Shown here one piece after another: positions 46,939 to 57,299 of a stretch of DNA of 64,000 nt. The stretch is from Variovorax paradoxus. GTDB lineage: Bacteria > Bacteroidota > Bacteroidia > Flavobacteriales > Flavobacteriaceae. Each line of letters begins with the position of its first letter. Position 1 is the first letter of the stretch. The stretch is taken from the NCBI GenBank assembly GCA_943370635.1, contig CALRRY020000012.1:7856-71855 (forward strand), given 5' to 3'. The notes under the pieces were generated by a model, which saw only the letters and a program-made list of their open reading frames with translations, was not told where the DNA came from and did no database searches. Made by a program: the position numbers and the translations under genes.

Positions 46939-47747
46939 TGCGAATGACTGAAACCGTTAAGCAATTGGTAATCATCAATGTAATCTTTTATATTGGATCT
47001 AATACCATTGCACCTGCTGCCTACGATTATTTGGCTTTACACTATCCATTGAGTGAAGGTTTTAGATGGTGGCAACCAATCACACACATGTTTATGCATG
47101 CCAAAATGCCTAATTTGATGCATATTTTCTTTAATATGTTTGGTTTAATCATGTTTGGTTCAGCATTAGAACATTTTTGGGGGTGGAAAAAATTCTTATT
47201 TTTCTATATTTCTTGTGGTTTAGGAGCTTCTTTGTTGCACATGGGAATGACCTATTATGAAATTCATTCTTTGATGGCAAAAGTTTCAGATTTAAATTTA
47301 ACCACATCTGAAATTGATTATTTGTTAAAGGCAAATCATTTTCAGCATTTTGATACTAATAATAAAATTATTTCCGGTCAGTTGAATGATATTCTAGAAA
47401 AAGTGAATGCTAATCAAGAACAATACAATACCATTGCAAGAGCATCGTTGGAGTTTCAAACTACTGCTGTTGGTGCTTCCGGTGCATTGTATGGAATATT
47501 AGTAGCATTTGCTTTTATGTTTCCTAATGCGGAATTGATGTTATTGTTTTTGCCAATACCAATTAAAGCAAAATATTTTGTTCCCGTTTTAGTTTTGGGT
47601 GATTTGTTCATGGGACTTCAAGGGGGGTCTATATTTGGAGGAGGTGGCGGCATTGCCCATTTTGCTCACGTTGGAGGTGCAGTTACCGGTTTTTTGATGA
47701 TGTGGTTTTGGAAGAAAAATCAGTTTAACGATAGGAGATGGGATTAG
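46935..47747 (+). CDS. Rhomboid intramembrane serine protease
   Basis: HMFMH, HIFFNM, GASGA, AHFAHVGG. Confidence 0.93.
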   Translation: MMRMTETVKQLVIINVIFYIGSNTIAPAAYDYLALHYPLSEGFRWWQPITHMFMHAKMPNLMHIFFNMFGLIMFGSALEHFWGWKKFLFFYISCGLGASLLHMGMTYYEIHSLMAKVSDLNLTTSEIDYLLKANHFQHFDTNNKIISGQLNDILEKVNANQEQYNTIARASLEFQTTAVGASGALYGILVAFAFMFPNAELMLLFLPIPIKAKYFVPVLVLGDLFMGLQGGSIFGGGGGIAHFAHVGGAVTGFLMMWFWKKNQFNDRRWD

Positions 47748-47787
47748 AGTAGGTTAATGCTAATAGTTAAAAGGTAATTGGAAAAAG

Positions 47788-48663
47788 ATGAGCATTTTAA
47801 ATGAAATAAAGCAACAGTACCGTATGGGTGGCGTAACAGAAAAGTTAATCTACCTTAATGTATTTTTATTTGCGATTCCGTGGGTGCTAACCGGTATATT
47901 ATTTCTATTTGGAATCAAATTTAATTTTACGCAGTTTATCAGTTTATCTTCAACTCCGGCCGATTTACTTTGGAAACCATGGTCGGTTTTGAGTTATGCT
48001 TTTTTCCATGCGGATATTTTTCATATTCTATTTAATTTAATCATTTTCAATTTTGCAGGACGTTTGTTTTTGACCTTTTTTACTCAAAAACAATTGTTGA
48101 GTTTGTATCTCATGGGGGCCATTTTTTCGGGCTTAATATTTGTTATCAGTTACTTAATTTTTCCTGCCTTAATTAATCAAAATGCAACTTTAATTGGTGC
48201 TTCAGGTGCCATTATGGCTGTTCTTTTTGCTACCACAACTTATGCTCCCTATATGCAAATTCGTTTGTTGCTGATAGGAACGGTTAAACTTTGGCATATC
48301 GCTTTATTTTATTTAGTTATTGATTTAATTAGTCTTTCTTTTAGTAATGTGGGTGGACATATCGCACATCTTGGTGGTGCTTTGTTTGGGTATTTGTATA
48401 GTAGTCAGCTAAAAAAAGGAACGGATATTACTAAATCATTTACTTCATTTGTAGATGGTTTGGTTAATTTATTTAAGGGAAGAAAATCGACTCCTTTCAA
48501 GAAGGTACATAAGAATTCAACCTATTCTAAACCAAAACCTGCCGGTAAAGATAAAACACAACAGCAGATTGATGATATATTAGACAAAATCAGTAAGTCA
48601 GGTTATGATAGTTTAACCAAAGAGGAAAAAGAGTTTTTGTTTAAAGCCGGAAATAATAATTAG
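47788..48663 (+). CDS. Rhomboid protease with C-terminal DUF6576-like tail
   Basis: YAFFH, HILFN, GASGA, GHIAHLGG; IDDILDKISKSGYDSLTKEEKEFL. Confidence 0.92.
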   Translation: MSILNEIKQQYRMGGVTEKLIYLNVFLFAIPWVLTGILFLFGIKFNFTQFISLSSTPADLLWKPWSVLSYAFFHADIFHILFNLIIFNFAGRLFLTFFTQKQLLSLYLMGAIFSGLIFVISYLIFPALINQNATLIGASGAIMAVLFATTTYAPYMQIRLLLIGTVKLWHIALFYLVIDLISLSFSNVGGHIAHLGGALFGYLYSSQLKKGTDITKSFTSFVDGLVNLFKGRKSTPFKKVHKNSTYSKPKPAGKDKTQQQIDDILDKISKSGYDSLTKEEKEFLFKAGNNN

Positions 48664-48672
48664 TTTCGTTGT

Positions 48673-49725
48673 ATGAAAAAGTTGGGCTGGTTTAATAAAG
48701 GAATATTTTACATCAATATTGCACTTACGATATTGACCTTTACGGCTTATATACTTCCTTTTTTAGCTCCAAAACTATTTCCTTTATTATCTGTTTTTAC
48801 GCTTTTTTTACCATTAATGCTTATTTTGAATTTGTTATTTTTTGGTTATTGGTTACTTCAATTCAAACGCCAAATGTTACTTTCAGGAGTAGTTTTATTA
48901 TTAGGCATTACGTTTGTATCAAAATTTTATAAATTTTCGGAAACAAACTTACCTAAAGAAGAAAACGATTTTGTGGTGATGAGTTTTAATGTTCGTTTAT
49001 TTAATTTATACGAATGGATTAAACGAGATGATGTTAGTGAACAAATTTCAGATTTTATAAAAGAGCAGACGCCTGATATTTTGTGTATTCAAGAATTTTC
49101 AAATCGAAATGAGGTGGATTTCAGAATCTATAAACATAAATATATTTTTATTGAAGGTCAAAATACAAAATTAGGACAGGCTATTTTTTCCAAATACCCA
49201 ATTGTGAATGAAGGTGTAATTCCGTTTCCAAATTCTACTAACAATGCTGTTTATGCTGATGTTAAAAGAGGAAAAGATACGATTCGGGTATACAGTATTC
49301 ATCTTCAATCCATCAAAATAACACCAGATGTGCATGAAATTGATGAAAACATTCAAGGGGTATCACAAAATCAATCAAAACGTATTCTTAAGCGAATGAG
49401 TAGTTCGTTTAAGCTTCAACAACAACAAGCCGAAATTATCAAAAAGCACAAATCAGATTGTCATTATCCTATTATTGTTTGTGGGGATATGAATAACAGT
49501 CCTTTTTCATTTGTATACAGAAGTATCAAAGGCGACTTAAATGATACCTTTGAAGAAGCCGGAAAAGGTTTTGGTACCACGTATAATTTTAAATATTATC
49601 CTGCTAGGATCGATTATGTTTTTGCAGACAAACAGTTTAAAGTCAAACAATTTCAATCTTTTCCGAATTTTAAAAATTCAGACCATTTTCCTATTGTGTC
49701 CAGATTGACTTTTGATAATGAATAA
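48673..49725 (+). CDS. Membrane-anchored endonuclease/exonuclease/phosphatase family protein
   Basis: SFNV, LCIQE, IHLQS, GDMN, RIDYVF, SDHFP. Confidence 0.9.
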   Translation: MKKLGWFNKGIFYINIALTILTFTAYILPFLAPKLFPLLSVFTLFLPLMLILNLLFFGYWLLQFKRQMLLSGVVLLLGITFVSKFYKFSETNLPKEENDFVVMSFNVRLFNLYEWIKRDDVSEQISDFIKEQTPDILCIQEFSNRNEVDFRIYKHKYIFIEGQNTKLGQAIFSKYPIVNEGVIPFPNSTNNAVYADVKRGKDTIRVYSIHLQSIKITPDVHEIDENIQGVSQNQSKRILKRMSSSFKLQQQQAEIIKKHKSDCHYPIIVCGDMNNSPFSFVYRSIKGDLNDTFEEAGKGFGTTYNFKYYPARIDYVFADKQFKVKQFQSFPNFKNSDHFPIVSRLTFDNE

Positions 49726-49726
49726 T

Positions 49727-50338
49727 TTAAAAGGATTGTTTTTTAAGATAATCTAAGGCATATCTTCCTTCGTTGAATATCAAATCTAAGATGGTTAAAT
49801 TATTGATGAATCCATGTTTTTCATCAAAAACCTGTTGATATGGTTCACAAATGGTTGTGTCTTTTTTTCCATTAGCCAAATGCCTAAAATCAATCATTTC
49901 TGACACTTCATGAAAATATTCAGCAGTGAATTCCGGTTGAATAGAAATACCTAAACACTGATTTACAATTTCGAAAAGCTGAATATTCAAGTCAAATAGA
50001 AAGGTGTGTTGCTTTTCAAAAACAGGAGCAATATCATCTTCAAAATATTCAAAAAATGGAGAGGTGCGATAAGCGGCTTCTAAGGATTTAAAATGTTGTT
50101 TTTGCCAATTAAATGCAGGCTCAATTTTGATGTCTTTGTATTTTTGATAAGCGGTTTTGGAATGTTTTATCGGAATATTCAACAATTGAATTCCATTCGG
50201 ACTGTAAATATACATTCTGTTCCGATTAGTTTGTTTTTGAAAATTGTCTTCCCTTTCAAATATTAAACCCTCCGCTTGGACTATTGCAGCATATTGACTA
50301 ATTGACGGAAAATAAGTGGGATGTAAAAGGGTTTTCAT
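49727..50338 (-). CDS. WbqC-like protein
   Basis: FQKQTNRNR, AYRTSPFFEYF, NLTILDLIFNEG. Confidence 0.9.
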   Translation of the reverse strand: MKTLLHPTYFPSISQYAAIVQAEGLIFEREDNFQKQTNRNRMYIYSPNGIQLLNIPIKHSKTAYQKYKDIKIEPAFNWQKQHFKSLEAAYRTSPFFEYFEDDIAPVFEKQHTFLFDLNIQLFEIVNQCLGISIQPEFTAEYFHEVSEMIDFRHLANGKKDTTICEPYQQVFDEKHGFINNLTILDLIFNEGRYALDYLKKQSF

Positions 50339-50344
50339 AACCAA

Positions 50345-52045
50345 TTATGCACTTTGTTTTTTCTTGCGTTTGCGGTAAAAACTATAACCATTCCATCCAA
50401 TTAAAACAATTACAAAATAAATGAAATATGATACCGGTTCGCCATTTCCACCAACAGTTGTAAACATTCTTTCCCATCTTATTTTATCTAAAGCTTTACT
50501 CCAAGGAACATTTTGATCTAGGCTTAACCAAATAAATACAGGTTTTCCAACAATGTGGTCAGAAGGAACAAATCCCCAATAGCGACTATCTTCTGAGTTG
50601 TGACGATTATCACCCATCATCCAATAATAATCTAATTTGAATGTATAGTCTTTCGCTACTTTACCGTTTATTCTGATTTCATCGCCATTAACTTCCAATT
50701 TGTTTTTTTCATAATCAGTGATAATCATTTTATAAAATGGAAGAGTTTCTTTATTCAGTGCAACTGTTACGCCAGCTTTTGGAATGAATAATGGTCCCAT
50801 GTTGTCACTGCTCCAACTAGGTTTTGTGTGGGGAAAAATAGCAGTTGAACCTTCGGCAATATCATATTTTACAGAAACCACTCTGCTATCCTTTTTGATT
50901 TCCTCTGCTAGTTCCTTTGTTAAATTTAAATAGGCAATTTTTGTAGAAACACCCATTTCTAATTTTTTAAAATCCTCTTCATCTAGCTGTCCAGAAACAG
51001 TAGCTTGAATGCTGTCTTTAAAAACTTCAACTAATTTAGAATTGTTATTTCCATTAGTTAAGTAGTCTTTTATTGAAGGGACATCCCAATATTTTCGATT
51101 GATAGTATAAAAGTATCTAACTTCGGTAAGTTTATAGTTATTGATAAAATCGCCTAGGTTATTATCTTTAAATTCTACTGTATAAAAATGTTGTAATTTT
51201 TGACGATCATGTTGAGGAAGAACTTTTCCATTTATGTAAACAACTCCATTTTTAATCGCTAAACTATCTCCGGGAATCCCGAGGCATCTTTTTACATAAT
51301 TTGATTTTTTATCTAAAGGTTTATCCACTCTTCTGCCAGAACGATCTCTAAATTGATAAACTGTATCAACCGGCCAGTTGAATACAACAATATCATTTCT
51401 TTCAATACTTTCTAATCCCGGAAAACGAAAAGAAGGCAGTTGAGGCCAACTTAAATATGATTTATTTTTTGTAAGCGGTATAGAGTCATGCACCATTGGC
51501 AAACCAACTGCTGTTGTTGGAGTTCTGGCACCATAATGAAACTTGCTTACAAATAAAAAGTCGCCAATAAGCAAAGATTTTTCTAAGGATGAAGTAGGAA
51601 TGGTAAAGGGTTGCATAACATAAGTATGCACAGTAGTCGCCACAACAATAGCAAACAAAATTGAACTGATAAAATCAGCTGTTTGGTTTTTGGGATGAAG
51701 ACTTCTATCTTTTATGTGATGAAGTTCTTGAGAATAATTAAAATAGTAGATGATAAAACCAAAAGTAATAATAGCTAAAAATGTATCAAAGGCTGAATTT
51801 TTACCAAAACTTCTCATAGTTTCCACCCAAATTACCGGAAACATGATTAAATTGACAATAGGAATAAAAAGCAAGAATGTCCACCACCATGGGCGATTGA
51901 TGATTTTCATCAAAACTATTGCATTATAGACCGGTATTGCGGCTTCCCATGATTTTCTTCCTGCTGCTTTATATAATTTCCATGTACCTAAATAGTGGAT
52001 TATTTGAACAACCAAAAAGAGAATAAACCATTGATATAAAGTCAT
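50345..52045 (-). CDS. lepB: Signal peptidase I with N-terminal DUF5684-like region
   Basis: IPTSSLE (Ser), GDFLFVSK, YVKRC (Lys), GDNRHNSEDSRYWG. Confidence 0.95.
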   Translation of the reverse strand: MTLYQWFILFLVVQIIHYLGTWKLYKAAGRKSWEAAIPVYNAIVLMKIINRPWWWTFLLFIPIVNLIMFPVIWVETMRSFGKNSAFDTFLAIITFGFIIYYFNYSQELHHIKDRSLHPKNQTADFISSILFAIVVATTVHTYVMQPFTIPTSSLEKSLLIGDFLFVSKFHYGARTPTTAVGLPMVHDSIPLTKNKSYLSWPQLPSFRFPGLESIERNDIVVFNWPVDTVYQFRDRSGRRVDKPLDKKSNYVKRCLGIPGDSLAIKNGVVYINGKVLPQHDRQKLQHFYTVEFKDNNLGDFINNYKLTEVRYFYTINRKYWDVPSIKDYLTNGNNNSKLVEVFKDSIQATVSGQLDEEDFKKLEMGVSTKIAYLNLTKELAEEIKKDSRVVSVKYDIAEGSTAIFPHTKPSWSSDNMGPLFIPKAGVTVALNKETLPFYKMIITDYEKNKLEVNGDEIRINGKVAKDYTFKLDYYWMMGDNRHNSEDSRYWGFVPSDHIVGKPVFIWLSLDQNVPWSKALDKIRWERMFTTVGGNGEPVSYFIYFVIVLIGWNGYSFYRKRKKKQSA

Positions 52046-52134
52046 TTTTTGTATATTTTTAATTTGATAATTATAATATTGAACATCCAATTAGTACCTA
52101 AAAGAGGTTTAATGTTACGTCAAAAACGTTCATT

Positions 52135-52836
52135 TTATTTTAAATTCAAAACATCTTTCATAGTAAAAACCCCTTTTTTACCTACAATCCATTCTGCCGC
52201 AATAACAGCACCGATAGCAAATCCTTCTCGATTATGAGCAATATGTTTGATTTCAATGGAATCAACAACAGATTGATAAAAAATACTATGAGTTCCTGGA
52301 ACTGCATCAATTCGTTTTACATCAATAAAAACATCATCTGGTCTAGGATTTTCAATACTCCAACTGTTTTTTGATGTATGATTGATGATTGCATTCGCTA
52401 AAGAAATTGCTGTTCCACTTGGTTTATCTAATTTTTGAGTGTGATGAATTTCTTCCATTGAAACATCATATTGCGAAAATTTAGCCATCATTTTAGCTAA
52501 ATAATCATTTAACTCAAAAAATAAATTTACCCCTAAACTAAAGTTTGAACCATAAATAAAAGCTCCATTTTTTTCTTTGCAAAGATTAACCATTTTATGA
52601 TAATCATGAAGCCAACCTGTTGTACCGGAAACTATCGGAGTATTATTTTCCAGACAAGCAGTAATGTTTTGCACCGCAGCATCAGGAATACTAAAATCAA
52701 TGGCAACATCTGCATTATTCAAACCATCAAATGAATCTTGACTATCTTTTTTCAGTACAATTTTATGACCTCTTTCTAAAGCAATTTTTTCAATTACTTT
52801 ACCCATTTTTCCATATCCGAGCAGTGCAATTTTCAT
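52135..52836 (-). CDS. dapB: 4-hydroxy-tetrahydrodipicolinate reductase
   Basis: GYGKMG, DFS, SGTTG, SNFSLG, EIHHTQKLDKPSGTA. Confidence 0.97.
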   Translation of the reverse strand: MKIALLGYGKMGKVIEKIALERGHKIVLKKDSQDSFDGLNNADVAIDFSIPDAAVQNITACLENNTPIVSGTTGWLHDYHKMVNLCKEKNGAFIYGSNFSLGVNLFFELNDYLAKMMAKFSQYDVSMEEIHHTQKLDKPSGTAISLANAIINHTSKNSWSIENPRPDDVFIDVKRIDAVPGTHSIFYQSVVDSIEIKHIAHNREGFAIGAVIAAEWIVGKKGVFTMKDVLNLK

Positions 52837-53402
52837 TAGAATTTAAAATTTAATACGATGCCAACATTATGTTTGTTGTCGATTTCGTTTTGATAAATAT
52901 CAGGACGAACTGATAAATTATCATTTACATTGAATTGTAATAAATGTGCATCAACATTGGCATCAATTATATTTAACACATAAAATCCCAACATAACAAC
53001 CAACGAAATGTCACGATTTCTTTGGTAAATTCGTTGGGCATTAATTAACACATTATTAGAATAAATTCCAAAATATTCATCATCTGTGTAACCTTCTAAC
53101 CTTCGTTTGTAAATATTTCTGAATTCTTTATAACTTTTATTGTTTTGATTGTAGAAATAATACCCAATAGCTATTCCTCCATAAACAATTGGAATTTTCC
53201 AATATTTTTTGTTATATGCCTGACCTAAACCCGGAAGAACAGCGGAGTAAAAAGCTGCTTTTGAAGGTGCAAGCGGATCGATTGGTTTGTATTGAATGGA
53301 ATCGGATTTGCTTTTAAATTCTTCAATTTGAATTTGAGAATAGGTGGAATGCATTCCTAATAATAGAAATACAATCATTGCTATTTGTTTAACCTTCAAC
53401 AC
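52836..53402 (-). CDS. DUF5683 family protein
   Basis: KAAFYSAVLPGLGQAYNKKYWKIP, NIIDANVDAHL. Confidence 0.88.
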   Translation of the reverse strand: MLKVKQIAMIVFLLLGMHSTYSQIQIEEFKSKSDSIQYKPIDPLAPSKAAFYSAVLPGLGQAYNKKYWKIPIVYGGIAIGYYFYNQNNKSYKEFRNIYKRRLEGYTDDEYFGIYSNNVLINAQRIYQRNRDISLVVMLGFYVLNIIDANVDAHLLQFNVNDNLSVRPDIYQNEIDNKHNVGIVLNFKF

Positions 53403-54304
53403 TATCCTTTGATTAAAGCAATAATGCGTTGAAAATCAGCTTCAGATTTAAATGGGATGGTAATTTTTCCTTTGCCGTTGGCATCAACTTTTACATCCAC
53501 TTTTGCACCTAAAACCGTTCCGATTTCTTTTTTATCCGCGTCAGCAATTACGAAAGCAGAAGCAGATTTAGTAGTTTTTCCGGTTTTGGGTTTTAAGCCT
53601 TCCTGATAATTTTTTACTAAGGTTTCGGTATCGCGAACAGAAAGATTTTGACTGATGATTTTATGATAAATGTCGGATTGAGCATCTTCGTCTTCAACGT
53701 TGATTAATGCACGACCATGTCCCATTGAAATAAATCCATCTCGAATTCCGGTCTGAATAATTGGGTCTAATTTCAACAAACGAAGGTAATTGGCAATGGT
53801 AGAACGTTTTTTTCCTACTTTTTCACTCATTTGTTCTTGTGTTAACTGAATTTCATCAATTAAACGTTGATAGGATAGTGCAATTTCAATCGGATCTAAA
53901 TCATGACGTTGAATGTTTTCCACCAATGCCATCACTAGCGACTCGTTATCGTTGGCAATTCTGATATATGAAGGAATAACAGTTAATCCGGCCATTTTAG
54001 AAGCACGAAGTCTTCGTTCACCCGAAATTAACTGGTATTTATTAAAGTCTAATTTTCTAACGGTAATGGGTTGAATGACTCCCAATTCTTTTATCGAAGA
54101 AGCCAATTCCTGAAGTGTTTCTTCATTAAAATTACTTCTTGGTTGAAACGGATTTATTTCAATGGCCTCAATTTCAAGCTCAATAATATTTCCAACCACT
54201 TTGTCGGCATTTTTATCATTTACCGATTTAATGTCGTTTTCGGGGTCTTTCAATAAAGCCGATAATCCTCTTCCTAAGGCTTGTTTTTTTGTGGCTTGTG
54301 TCAT
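53402..54304 (-). CDS. parB: Chromosome partitioning protein ParB/Spo0J
   Basis: ALGRGLSALL, NPFQPR, ISGERRLRAS, ENIQRHDL, HTH. Confidence 0.97.
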   Translation of the reverse strand: MTQATKKQALGRGLSALLKDPENDIKSVNDKNADKVVGNIIELEIEAIEINPFQPRSNFNEETLQELASSIKELGVIQPITVRKLDFNKYQLISGERRLRASKMAGLTVIPSYIRIANDNESLVMALVENIQRHDLDPIEIALSYQRLIDEIQLTQEQMSEKVGKKRSTIANYLRLLKLDPIIQTGIRDGFISMGHGRALINVEDEDAQSDIYHKIISQNLSVRDTETLVKNYQEGLKPKTGKTTKSASAFVIADADKKEIGTVLGAKVDVKVDANGKGKITIPFKSEADFQRIIALIKG

Positions 54305-54310
54305 AAAATC

Positions 54311-55075
54311 CTAGCTATTTTTTTTGATAATTTCTTCTGCTAAACTCAAATAATTATTGGCACCTTTGCTGGTAGCATCAAAATTAATGATGCTTTCGCC
54401 AAAACTTGGAGCTTCACTTAATTTCACATTTCGTTGAATGATGGTTGAAAAAACCATATCATTAAAATGCTTCTGAACTTCTTCCACCACTTGGTTCGAT
54501 AAACGCAAACGGGAATCGTACATGGTTAATAATAATCCTTCGATATCCAAATCCGGATTGTGTAATTTTTGAACACTTTTTATAGTATTTAATAATTTTC
54601 CTAAACCTTCTAAGGCAAAATATTCACATTGAATCGGAATGACCACACTGTCGGCAGCTGTTAAAGCATTCAAGGTTAATAACCCCAAAGAAGGAGCACA
54701 ATCAATCAAAATATAATCATAGTCATCTTTAATTGATGCCAATGCTTCTTTGAGCATGTATTCCCGATTTTCTTTGTCAACCAATTCAATTTCAATGGCC
54801 ACCAAATCAATATGAGCCGGAATAACATCTACGTTGGGAGCTGTACATTTTACAACAGCTTCTTGTGGCGTATTGCTGTGTTCCAATACTTGATAGGAGC
54901 CAATAGAAACCGTATCCACATCAATTCCCAACCCTGAACTGGCATTCGCTTGCGGGTCAGCATCAATTAATAATACTTTTTTTTCTAAAACACCTAATGA
55001 GGCAGCTAAATTCACTGTTGTAGTTGTTTTTCCAACGCCTCCTTTTTGATTCGCAATTGCAATAATTTTGCCCAT
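54311..55075 (-). CDS. parA: Chromosome partitioning ATPase ParA/Soj
   Basis: NQKGGVGKTTT, DADPQANA, DCAPSLG, EAPSFG. Confidence 0.97.
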   Translation of the reverse strand: MGKIIAIANQKGGVGKTTTTVNLAASLGVLEKKVLLIDADPQANASSGLGIDVDTVSIGSYQVLEHSNTPQEAVVKCTAPNVDVIPAHIDLVAIEIELVDKENREYMLKEALASIKDDYDYILIDCAPSLGLLTLNALTAADSVVIPIQCEYFALEGLGKLLNTIKSVQKLHNPDLDIEGLLLTMYDSRLRLSNQVVEEVQKHFNDMVFSTIIQRNVKLSEAPSFGESIINFDATSKGANNYLSLAEEIIKKNS

Positions 55076-55189
55076 TGATTCGATTAAATTTGAGCCGTAA
55101 AATTACGATTATTTACGGGTTTTTCAAGTTCAAGTTGTTAACAAATGTTAATTGTTTTACACACAATAATTTAGGGTCTAGCAAATGTT

Positions 55190-56071
55190 TTAGTTGCTTT
55201 TTTTCGCTTTAATCATGGCCTCTAACATATCCCACATTTGTTCCGGAATTTCTTCTAACAAATTGAATTGTCCTGCTCCTTTTAACCATTCTCCGCCATC
55301 AATGGTAATTACATCACCATTAATGTATGCTGAAAAATCTGAAACCAAATAAGCAGCCAAGTTGGCTAATTCCTGATGATCGCCCACGCGTTTAAGAGGT
55401 ACTTTCTTTGCCATATCAAATTTTTCAGCTAAATCGCCGGGCAACAATCTATCCCAAGCTCCTTTGGTTGGAAAAGGTCCCGGAGCAATAGCATTACTTC
55501 GAATACCATACTTTGCCCATTCTACCGCTAAACTTCTTGTCATGGCTAAAACACCTGCTTTTGCGGTGGCACTTGGTACTACATAGGCAGAACCGGTCCA
55601 TGCATAGGTTGTGACAATATTTAAAATTACTGAACTTTCTTGCTTGGAATCAATCCAATGTTTTCCGAAAGCTAAGGTGCAGTTTTTGGTTCCTTTTAAA
55701 ACTATATCAATAATTGTATCAAACGCATTGGCAGATAGTCGTTCAGTAGGAGAAATGAAATTTCCGGCTGCATTGTTTAATAAAACATCCACTTTTCCGA
55801 AGGTTTTTATCACTTCATCACGCATGGTTTCTACTTGTTCATAAAAACGCACATCGCATTGCAATGGCAAACACGTTCCTCCGGTTTCTTTTTCTAATTC
55901 GGCTGCGGTGGTTTTTAATTTTTCTAAATCTCTCGAGGTAATGGCGACTTTAGCACCCAATTCTAAAAAGTAATTGGTCATTGCTTTTCCGAGTCCGCTA
56001 CCGCCACCCGTTACCACAATTACTTTGCCTTCCAAGGCATTATCGCGAAGCATTTTTGCTGAAAAATTCAT
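55190..56071 (-). CDS. SDR oxidoreductase (2,4-dienoyl-CoA reductase-like)
   Basis: TGGGSGLG, NNAAGNF, S..KAG, NAIAPG. Confidence 0.9.
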   Translation of the reverse strand: MNFSAKMLRDNALEGKVIVVTGGGSGLGKAMTNYFLELGAKVAITSRDLEKLKTTAAELEKETGGTCLPLQCDVRFYEQVETMRDEVIKTFGKVDVLLNNAAGNFISPTERLSANAFDTIIDIVLKGTKNCTLAFGKHWIDSKQESSVILNIVTTYAWTGSAYVVPSATAKAGVLAMTRSLAVEWAKYGIRSNAIAPGPFPTKGAWDRLLPGDLAEKFDMAKKVPLKRVGDHQELANLAAYLVSDFSAYINGDVITIDGGEWLKGAGQFNLLEEIPEQMWDMLEAMIKAKKSN

Positions 56072-57204
56072 AGTCTTTTATTATAAGTGTTGTTAATCCA
56101 AATTTTAAAGATAGGGTCAATAAATTCAATTTTTTTTTCAAAAACGTCAATAATTTCTTTTTGAATGAGTGCTTCTTTTGAGCGGTTAACGCTTGCTGAA
56201 GAACTTAAATTATATTTTTTTATTGTTTTTTTACTACTCAATTCTTTTTCATCTGCTGCCAAAGCTTTCAAAAGATTGAGTTGTAAGTTTGATAGTCCAT
56301 CAACTTCTCTGCTAAAAAACAGTTCATATTGAAGCAGAAGTTTATCTAATCCGTTTTCAATATCCTCTTTCGAACATGCTTTGTTAACTTCTAACCAAAC
56401 CGCATTTGCTAATTGTTGCACAAAATACGAATGATTTTCCACTTTTTGAGTCAAAAATTCTGCTAATTCTATGGAAATATTTTTTTTTGTGGATTTGAAT
56501 TTTTCGATAATGTATTCTTGCCAATGATGTGTTTCAATCTTTGAAAGTAAAATTACTTCACCAAATTTGTAAAACGGCATCGACTTGTTTTCAAAAAGTT
56601 CTGCCATCATGTGCCGTTTACTACCATATAACACATAACTGCAATTTTGATGTTTTTGCCATGTTGCTCTGGCTTTTTTCTGAAAACTTAACGGATCATC
56701 AAAAAACGACAGGTTTTGAAATTCATCCAAACAAATAACAAGTTGAATGTTTTTGGCTTTAGAAACAACTTCCGGTAAATCTAAAATTTCTTGTTGATTT
56801 TTTGAGATGTTATCCCAGTCAAATGATACTGAAAACTCTTGATTAGGGTCTAAACCAAAACTAAATTTTGGTATGATTTGCTTGAAAAATAATTTTGCGT
56901 TTTCAACTCGCTCATCCCATTTTGAATAACTTGCTTTTAAAATTTCAGTCGCAAAATAGTTGTAAAATTCCTCCTCATTTCTAACGTTATATAAATCGAT
57001 AAAGCAAAATTTGATTTTTTTTTCGTCTTTTGCCATGCTTCGGGCAATTTTTGAAACCAACGACGACTTACCCCAGCGTCTGGGTGAGATAAGTGTAAGA
57101 TTAATTTTTGATTTAATGTTTTTTTTTAAAAAATCTATTTCACTTGTCCTGTTGACAAAAAAAACATCATCAATTATTTTTCCGTACTTGAATGGTAAGT
57201 TCAT
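56068..57204 (-). CDS. P-loop ATPase (ATPase_2/archaeal-ATPase-like) with C-terminal winged helix
   Basis: FVNR..E, PRRWGKSS Walker A, CLDEFQN Walker B, GSKRHMM, C-terminal DPIFKIW. ATG at 57204 preferred because a TAnnTTTG lies at 57223-57230. Confidence 0.85.
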   Translation of the reverse strand: MNLPFKYGKIIDDVFFVNRTSEIDFLKKNIKSKINLTLISPRRWGKSSLVSKIARSMAKDEKKIKFCFIDLYNVRNEEEFYNYFATEILKASYSKWDERVENAKLFFKQIIPKFSFGLDPNQEFSVSFDWDNISKNQQEILDLPEVVSKAKNIQLVICLDEFQNLSFFDDPLSFQKKARATWQKHQNCSYVLYGSKRHMMAELFENKSMPFYKFGEVILLSKIETHHWQEYIIEKFKSTKKNISIELAEFLTQKVENHSYFVQQLANAVWLEVNKACSKEDIENGLDKLLLQYELFFSREVDGLSNLQLNLLKALAADEKELSSKKTIKKYNLSSSASVNRSKEALIQKEIIDVFEKKIEFIDPIFKIWINNTYNKRL

Positions 57205-57242
57205 TTTTAATGAATTGAATAACAAAAGTACGATTTTTTAAA

Positions 57243-57284
57243 TAACTAACAAAATTGTAACTAACAAAATTGTAACTAACAAGG
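57243..57284. repeat. 15-bp tandem repeat (TAACTAACAAAATTG x2 plus a partial copy) next to the ATPase promoter
   Basis: Units at 57243, 57258 and 57273 (partial). Confidence 0.9.
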
Positions 57285-57299
57285 TTGTTATATTAATTA

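Noticed and set aside
45088-49725. mutL, tandem rhomboids and EEP nuclease as a new system
   Set aside because: From established knowledge this is a common conserved Bacteroidetes gene order, not accessory.
55076-55189. parS or oriC next to parAB
   Set aside because: No TGTTYCACGTGRAACA palindrome or DnaA-box cluster seen; only a small ccgtaaa/tttacgg hairpin.
57243-57284. CRISPR-like or iteron interpretation of the 15-bp repeats
   Set aside because: Units are contiguous with no spacers, too short, and there are no cas or rep genes nearby.
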